This document shows positions 57,699 through 64,000 of a stretch of 64,000 bases of DNA, one piece after another. A model generated the notes under the pieces. The model saw only the letters and a program-made list of their open reading frames with translations. It ran no database searches and was not told the DNA's origin. The stretch is taken from positions 160,001-224,000 of the forward strand of contig CAWCNS010000009.1 of assembly GCA_963796965.1 (NCBI GenBank), written 5' to 3'. Position 1 is the stretch's first letter. The number at the start of each line of letters is the position of its first letter. This DNA is from Calditrichia bacterium. Lineage in GTDB: Bacteria; Calditrichota; Calditrichia; JAJRVZ01. The position numbers and the translations under genes are program-made.

Positions 57699-60410
57699 AT
57701 GAAAACTTTAGTAAAAGTTATTCTAATAATGATTTTTATCACCTCTCTTTCCTCGGATCCAGTAAAAATTCTAAATCCTATTATTGCTGATTTTCAGGTT
57801 AATGAAAATGGGGTACTCTCTGGTGCTAATCAAGGTAACGCTTCCATTTCAGCAGATAGCAGCGGAAACTTTATCATTGCCTGGCAGGATGGACGGAATG
57901 GCCATAATGACATTTACGCTCAGCGATACGCAAGTGATGGAACGGCATTGGGGAATAATTTCCAAGTCAATGATGATCAGGGGCTTAAAGGGCGATATGA
58001 ACCTTCCATTTCTTCAGATGTCAGCGGGAACTTTATCATCACATGGCGTGATGGACGCGATTGTAATTGGGACATTTTGCGTGATGGACGCGACAAGGTT
58101 AATTGGGACATTTACGCTCAGCGATACGCAAGTGATGGCACAACATTAGGGAGTAATTTCCAAGTCAACGATGATCAGGGGAGTGAAGGGCAATATGAAC
58201 CTTCCATTTCTTCAGATGTCAGCGGAAACTTTATCATTGCCTGGTGGGATACACGGAGTGGCAATAATGACATTTATGCACAGAGGTATTCAAGTGATGG
58301 AACCCCCCTGGGGAGTAATTTTAAAGTCAACGATGATACGGGTAGTTACGGTGATTATGAACCTTCCATTTCTGCAGATGTCAGCGGAAACTTTATCATC
58401 ACATGGCGTGATGGACGCAATGCTAATGATGACATTTACGCTCAACGATATGCAAGCGATGGCACAACATTAGGGAGTAATTTCCAAGTCAACGATGATC
58501 AGGGGACCGAACAGCAACGTAGACCTTCCCTTTTTGCAGATGTCAGCGGAAACTTTATCATTGCCTGGGAGGATGAACGGAATATCTATAATGACAATTA
58601 CGATATTGACATTTACGCTCAGAGGTATTCAAGCGATGGTATAGCACTGGGAAATAATTTTAAAGTCAACGAGGATCAGAGGATTTACCTGCAATGGGAA
58701 CCTTCCATTTCTGCAGATGTCAGCGGAAACTTTATCATCACATGGCGTGATGGACGGAATTACCATAATGACATTTACGCTCAGAGGTATTCAAGCGATG
58801 GCATAGCACTGGGAAGTAATTTTAAAGTCAACGATGATCAGGGGAGTGAAAGTAAATTTGGACCTTCCATTTCCGCAGATGTCAGCGGAAACTTTATCAT
58901 CACATGGCGTTATGATCATAATGGCAATTCTGACATTTATGCACAGAGGTATTCAAGTAATGTAACCCCACTGGGGAGTAATTTCCAAGTCAACGATGAT
59001 CAGGGGAGCGAAGGTCAAAATTGTCCTTCCATTTCTGCAGATGGCAGCGGCAACTTTATCATCACCTGGCGTGATGAACGCAATGTTGATGGTGATATAT
59101 ACGGACAGAGATATTCCAAAGATGGAACCGCAATGGGAAGTAATTTTAAAGTCAACGATGATCAAGGGAGTTACTGGCCAGATCGGCAATACTTTTCTTC
59201 CATTTCAGCAGATAGCAGCGGGATCTTTATAATTACATGGGAAGATTACCGCAATAATAACTATGACATTTATGCTCAGAGGTATTCAAGTGATGGAACC
59301 CCACTGGGGAGTAATTTCCAGGTCAATGATGATCAGGGGAATGAAGGTCAAAAATATCCTTCCATTTCTACAGATGGCAGCGGAAACTTTATCATCACAT
59401 GGCGTGATCATCGTAATGGCAATTCTGACATTTACGCTCAGAGGTATTTAAGCGATGGTACAGCATTAGGGAGTAATTTTCAAGTTAATGATGATCAGGG
59501 GAGTAATGGGCAATATTACCCTTCCATCTCAGCAGATGGCAGCGGAAACTTTATCATCACATGGCGTGATTATCGCAATGGCAATGCTGACATTTATGCT
59601 CAGAGGTATTCAAGTAATGGAATCCCACTGGGGAGTAATTTCCAAGTCAATGATGATATGAACAGTGAAGGGCAATATAACCCTTCCATCTCAGCAGATG
59701 GCAGTGGGATCTTTATCATTACATGGGAAGATTACCGCAATAATAACTATGACATTTATGCTCAGCGATACGCAAGCGATGGCACCCCACTGGGGAGCAA
59801 TTTCCAAATCAACGATGATCAAGGTAGTACTTGGCAACACTTTTCTTCCATTTCAGCAGATGAAAGCGGGAATTTTATCATTGTGTGGATTGATGAACGC
59901 AATGATGATGATGATATATATGCTCAGCGATACAAAAGCGATGGAACAGCATTAGGTAGTAATTTTCGGGTGACCAATATTAGTGATGGGTCGCAAAAAT
60001 ACCCAAAAGTCGAATTGTGGAAAAATCGAATCTACAGTACATGGGAAGATAATCGTGCGGGTGGAACAGGAAATGATATTTGGGCAAACGTTTTAAATTG
60101 GGAAGATCCTGTGGGGGCAAGTGTTGATGAAATATCTCAGATACCATTAACATTTGTTTTGAATCAAAACTATCCCAACCCCTTTAACCCCTCAACCACA
60201 ATCGATTTCACTTTACCAAAATCCGAATTCGTTACTCTTAAGATATACAATATCCTTGGGGAAGAGGTGGCTACATTGGTAAATGATAAGCTCCAAGCAG
60301 GCAATCATACTTATCAGTTTGATGGAAGTAATCTCACTTCTGGAATCTACCTTTATCGTATTGAAGGGGGCAAATATTCTCAAGTACGGAAAATGATCCT
60401 AATAAAGTGA
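57699..60410 (+). CDS. Secreted tandem-repeat (probable beta-propeller) protein with T9SS type-A / Por-like C-terminal domain
   Basis: Signal peptide; 13 well-conserved 54-aa repeats plus one degenerate (SISADxSGNFIITWxDxRNxxxDIYAQRYxSDGTxLGSNFQVNDDQG); C-terminal LNQNYPNPFNPST...SGIYLYRI...KMILIK. Confidence 0.92.
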   Translation: MKTLVKVILIMIFITSLSSDPVKILNPIIADFQVNENGVLSGANQGNASISADSSGNFIIAWQDGRNGHNDIYAQRYASDGTALGNNFQVNDDQGLKGRYEPSISSDVSGNFIITWRDGRDCNWDILRDGRDKVNWDIYAQRYASDGTTLGSNFQVNDDQGSEGQYEPSISSDVSGNFIIAWWDTRSGNNDIYAQRYSSDGTPLGSNFKVNDDTGSYGDYEPSISADVSGNFIITWRDGRNANDDIYAQRYASDGTTLGSNFQVNDDQGTEQQRRPSLFADVSGNFIIAWEDERNIYNDNYDIDIYAQRYSSDGIALGNNFKVNEDQRIYLQWEPSISADVSGNFIITWRDGRNYHNDIYAQRYSSDGIALGSNFKVNDDQGSESKFGPSISADVSGNFIITWRYDHNGNSDIYAQRYSSNVTPLGSNFQVNDDQGSEGQNCPSISADGSGNFIITWRDERNVDGDIYGQRYSKDGTAMGSNFKVNDDQGSYWPDRQYFSSISADSSGIFIITWEDYRNNNYDIYAQRYSSDGTPLGSNFQVNDDQGNEGQKYPSISTDGSGNFIITWRDHRNGNSDIYAQRYLSDGTALGSNFQVNDDQGSNGQYYPSISADGSGNFIITWRDYRNGNADIYAQRYSSNGIPLGSNFQVNDDMNSEGQYNPSISADGSGIFIITWEDYRNNNYDIYAQRYASDGTPLGSNFQINDDQGSTWQHFSSISADESGNFIIVWIDERNDDDDIYAQRYKSDGTALGSNFRVTNISDGSQKYPKVELWKNRIYSTWEDNRAGGTGNDIWANVLNWEDPVGASVDEISQIPLTFVLNQNYPNPFNPSTTIDFTLPKSEFVTLKIYNILGEEVATLVNDKLQAGNHTYQFDGSNLTSGIYLYRIEGGKYSQVRKMILIK

Positions 60411-60742
60411 CATCTCTTCATAATAGGTACTAGTGCCCCCTACCTCAGCACTATTGATACAGATGCCTTTTTAATCGCTCTGGACGAGCGGAAGTCCGCC
60501 CTCCGGACTCACAAATCCGCTTTTAGCGGAAAGCACTAAACTCTAAAACCTTAAACCAGTCCAAACGCCAGAAGCGTTGTAAATTATTTATATTGCTACA
60601 CTATAGATTTAAGGTTTATTATATTGGATCGACCGTTCAACTATTATTTATTAAACAAACTTCTTATTTTTATAAAGGATCATCATGCTGTCACCAGATT
60701 CTAATCATTATAAATCTTCATTTAAAATAGGAAGGATTATCC

Positions 60743-61549
60743 ATGAAAAATCTAAATATTTTTTTCGGGTGGCTTAGCTTGTTTGCTATAATTATATCTA
60801 TGGGAATGGCTGCACAAAATTCTAATACCTCCAATGCAGAGGGGCAACTTATTGTAGCCGGCAACAAGGTTCAAATTCAACATGCTTATGCGATGGCTCA
60901 ACCAGGCTTTTTTGATAAGGCCCAGGAAGATATTTTATTAATCGTTACTAACATTCCCTTAACAGATAAAGCCATTGAAGACCGCTGGGAGCGGAATACC
61001 CTGGCAAGTGAAAGAAATCTTAAAACTCAGGAATCCTCTTCTTATCTAATCCAGGCTCAATTCGAGAACTGTCAGCATGGCTTGCTTTCCCAACCAAATG
61101 GTGGTCCCTTTTCTGTCTTCCTGTTTTGTGATGACGCATTAGGCTCAAACATAGGCGTTATTCTCACGCAGCCCGGTGCCGGTCCAGGTAAAATAAAACT
61201 AACTGGTGAACAGATTTGGGATAAGTGGGACACCAACGATCGTTTTTGGCAAGATAACTTATGGGCGACAGATGTTGTTAATTTTCTTTGGTCTCCATCA
61301 CTACAATATCTGTATGTGGCAACTTCAGGAATCTATGGCAACGGAGGATTCTTCAAACTGGATCTTAAGGCACGTGTTTTTGAATGCGTTTTGCCTGATA
61401 CATCGGCGAAATATTTTTCTAGATTGAAAACAGGCTATCTTACAAGCATTGAAAAGGTTGATACAAATAACGAACTTATTACCATAGGAATCTATTCTTA
61501 TGACAAAACGCGCATGCTAATCGCAACAGAAGAGATACCCTTAGAGTAG
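60743..61549 (+). CDS. Hypothetical exported protein
   Basis: Intact 268-aa ORF with signal peptide. Confidence 0.7.
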   Translation: MKNLNIFFGWLSLFAIIISMGMAAQNSNTSNAEGQLIVAGNKVQIQHAYAMAQPGFFDKAQEDILLIVTNIPLTDKAIEDRWERNTLASERNLKTQESSSYLIQAQFENCQHGLLSQPNGGPFSVFLFCDDALGSNIGVILTQPGAGPGKIKLTGEQIWDKWDTNDRFWQDNLWATDVVNFLWSPSLQYLYVATSGIYGNGGFFKLDLKARVFECVLPDTSAKYFSRLKTGYLTSIEKVDTNNELITIGIYSYDKTRMLIATEEIPLE

Positions 61550-61861
61550 ATGGCTAACTTCAATCAAGCTGACCTCACTACCCACCGCCGTGAATTTGCG
61601 AATACGGATTTGAAGACTATGAATTTATTTCTACAACTCATATATTAATATAAAGTTACAAATGTGTGCGATCTAAAAATCTACAAATACAATGCCAATT
61701 TGTATTTGCACGATTGAGTCAGCTTATACTATCATCAAACTTAACAGCATCGCGAAGCGAATATAATTGATTATAGTATTGCAGGTCTATAAGTTTTATA
61801 TCCCACCACAGTATAATTCGTATTGCTAATAAACGAAAAGACTAAAAAAGGAGAGATAAAA

Positions 61862-62293
61862 ATGAATGAAAATGACTGGGTTGTTAAAGCTCCCAAATCT
61901 TCCCCGCACACAGAATTTGAACAACTGGCTTATATTGAATCTTTTGATGCTGTTGTTGATAAGACGTACGCATTTGTTGTTTACAAAGAAACAAAAGCAG
62001 ATTCTGGTAAATGGGTAATAAGGATCAAAGGTTCTGTTACCGCCGGTACCGTGTTTGATCCTGATAGTCCTTCTTTAAAAAATGCATTCAGAAAAGCCGC
62101 CGGACATGAAGAACCGTATATTGTATGGGGTTTTAATCTCCTGCCTAAAGGGAATGATCCAAGGCTGGTTGAAAATCGGGTTTTGATTGATGAAAATGGA
62201 AAGCCTGCCGCAATCGAAATACATCTGATTACCAGAAAAGCAGACGGATCAGCGCGGGATAAAGAAGTTGTGTCAGTTGAGTGGCCGGGTTAA
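61862..62293 (+). CDS. Hypothetical protein
   Basis: AGGAG RBS before ATG at 61862; 143 aa. Confidence 0.75.
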   Translation: MNENDWVVKAPKSSPHTEFEQLAYIESFDAVVDKTYAFVVYKETKADSGKWVIRIKGSVTAGTVFDPDSPSLKNAFRKAAGHEEPYIVWGFNLLPKGNDPRLVENRVLIDENGKPAAIEIHLITRKADGSARDKEVVSVEWPG

Positions 62294-62482
62294 TACAAGT
62301 TCTGTAGTTGTCATATTAACAGTCGAAAAGAGATTTGATAAAATTCCTGTTTTTATTCACCTCTCCCCGACCCTCTCCTCAAGGAGAGGGAAAAATAGGA
62401 AACCCCGGGGCAAGCCCCGAGGAATTCTCTTGATTAACATATCTGAATCACCGTGTAGGCAAGAGTAAATACTTAAGGAGAC

Positions 62483-63436
62483 TTGAAATTGAATACACTT
62501 GATATTCTTCTGGTTCTTGCATTATTAAGCACGATCGCGATGACAGTTATGACCCAACAGCCAACAGGACCGGAGGGGGCCATGGGCATCTGGCCAGGAT
62601 TTCTTATTCCCTGTCTGCTAACAGCCATCCTGGTCTTTGTTATGGTTGGGAAGGGATTGTTGGACGTTATACCCGGTGGCAGCCTGGTACAGTTTTTCAT
62701 CGCAGTCGGTGTTTTAATCACGTTTTGCATGGCCATCTTGGGGACCATTGATCGTCACAATTATAATTGGATTATTCAAGGATTGGTGATCACCATTCCT
62801 TCCCTGATCCTCGTAGCGTGTGCTGTAATAATCCATCAAACTGATTTTCCAAATCCTGGGCCCATTCTTTTGCTGGCAACCATATTTGTAGGCGGGGTGG
62901 CAGTAACTGGCTGGGGGTTAGCAGGCAAGGGTATTTATCTTTACATGCAAAAAGAAATGGAACAGTCTGCCTTACAGGTGCAAAAGGAAAAGGAGCAGTT
63001 GGATGAGCGCGAGCAATGGGAAAAGGCTGAGTACGCAAAACTTAATGACTCACCGTCGCTCTATGCCTTGCTTCAGTTTATATGGGCGCGAAATGATGAG
63101 GTTCAGCAACTGGCCCATGAACGATTAAGAAATTATCCCCAGCTGGATGAAGAACTGATCGAGTTACTTAATACGGATAATGATCAGGCCATCTCCTATG
63201 TGGCAAAATTGTATGATAATCCGCCGCAGAAACTCGCTCCGGCCTGGGGGAGAATGCTTGAACGACAGTTAAAAAAGTGGGACAGTCTTCAATATGATGC
63301 GAATGCCGGTACCTGGGAGCAAAACCTGAAAGTATATTTTATGGGTGCGGAGAAAATCCAGAATGCGGGTGGGTCTCTTCACGATGAGTTACTGGCCTGG
63401 CACCAGCATTTGTTGAAATGTAAAGGGCTTGGGTAA
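62483..63436 (+). CDS. Hypothetical membrane protein (about 5 TM plus helical C-terminal domain)
   Basis: AAGGAG RBS and TTG start; hydrophobic N-terminal half; may extend to ~63485 via a frameshift. Confidence 0.75.
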   Translation: MKLNTLDILLVLALLSTIAMTVMTQQPTGPEGAMGIWPGFLIPCLLTAILVFVMVGKGLLDVIPGGSLVQFFIAVGVLITFCMAILGTIDRHNYNWIIQGLVITIPSLILVACAVIIHQTDFPNPGPILLLATIFVGGVAVTGWGLAGKGIYLYMQKEMEQSALQVQKEKEQLDEREQWEKAEYAKLNDSPSLYALLQFIWARNDEVQQLAHERLRNYPQLDEELIELLNTDNDQAISYVAKLYDNPPQKLAPAWGRMLERQLKKWDSLQYDANAGTWEQNLKVYFMGAEKIQNAGGSLHDELLAWHQHLLKCKGLG

Positions 63437-63504
63437 TCTGGCCGCCTTTGTAAAGAAATTGTTGGATACAAATACCAAATCTTAATCAGGGAGTAAGGGA
63501 AGAA

Positions 63505-64000
63505 ATGCCCGGCAAAGCATACCAACTATTTCTTGACAGTATGATAATGAATTTCGACCGATGGCACGATGGGACAAGCTACGATTTGGAAGCGCTTGAG
63601 CGACTTGGACCGGAGGAACGGGCTTCTATTGAGGAGTTACTGATCGAGAATCTGAAAGAAGCGGGGGACTGGCGTGATGTGAATGCGTTAGCAGCTTTGG
63701 GAACCGATTCAGCGCGCAAGGCAGTGGATAAAGCGCGGTTTCACCACAAAACCAAGGTACGGGATTATGCCCTCAAAATTATCCTCACGACCCATAATTC
63801 CAAAGATAGGACAAAAAAGGATATCGCTGAATTGGAAGATCAGGTCGTCCAGGCTGTAAAGCGTGGCAACTTTCAAATAGCTGCATACATGCCGACCATG
63901 CGGGTTAAAAAGGCGCTGCTCGATTCTACGCGGGAAGCTGACAGTGTAATTCGCGTCAATGCCGCAGCTTTTTTGTTGTACCTTTGTGGTCAGGCACCGG
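63505..64000 (+). CDS. Hypothetical helical (HEAT-like) protein, 3' end outside window
   Basis: Open frame not in the ORF track: MPGKAYQLFLDSMIMNFDRWHDGTSYDLEALERL...GDWRDVNALAALGT...VIRVNAAAFLLYLCG. Confidence 0.75.
   Translation, partial: MPGKAYQLFLDSMIMNFDRWHDGTSYDLEALERLGPEERASIEELLIENLKEAGDWRDVNALAALGTDSARKAVDKARFHHKTKVRDYALKIILTTHNSKDRTKKDIAELEDQVVQAVKRGNFQIAAYMPTMRVKKALLDSTREADSVIRVNAAAFLLYLCGQAP

Noticed and set aside
54055..64000. Prophage or integrative element at tRNA-Val
   Set aside because: No integrase, phage genes or duplicated tRNA 3' end seen within the window.

Overview
A 64-kb AT-rich bacterial chromosome segment. The Por/T9SS-like 'NYPNPFNP' C-terminal domain, gene repertoire and repeat content suggest an FCB-group or Calditrichota-like organism (inference). 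About half of the long genes are broken by single-base indels, which looks like long-read consensus error rather than true pseudogenisation. Coding content is mostly housekeeping: a Gfo/Idh/MocA oxidoreductase and MFS transporter, a TetR-TolC-MFP-AcrB efflux operon, an M16 protease, apgM with a divergent transketolase, a nuclease-fused XPD/DinG helicase, nifJ with a DHOD-like gene, a dipeptidase, an ABC transporter, rocD, glgC, SpoIID/SPOR, Crp/Fnr, ispH, a GH13 and tRNA-Val(TAC). An accessory region follows the tRNA, with a split antitoxin/toxin-like locus, a GC-rich foreign gene and a 54-aa-repeat secreted protein. The most striking signal is intergenic. Nearly every gene junction holds a cassette of short-period (7-10 bp) tandem repeats arranged as inverted arms, in several distinct sequence families. 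One family has about 14 copies sharing a conserved ~100-bp core. The only cassette with a gene inside carries a four-helix-bundle (Avd-like) ORF. Tiny 13-22-nt hairpins are inserted inside these repeats. An IS1182 appears to have landed in the loop of a REP-like hairpin, and the same hairpin is amplified as an 81-bp structured tandem array at 44.1-44.5 kb.
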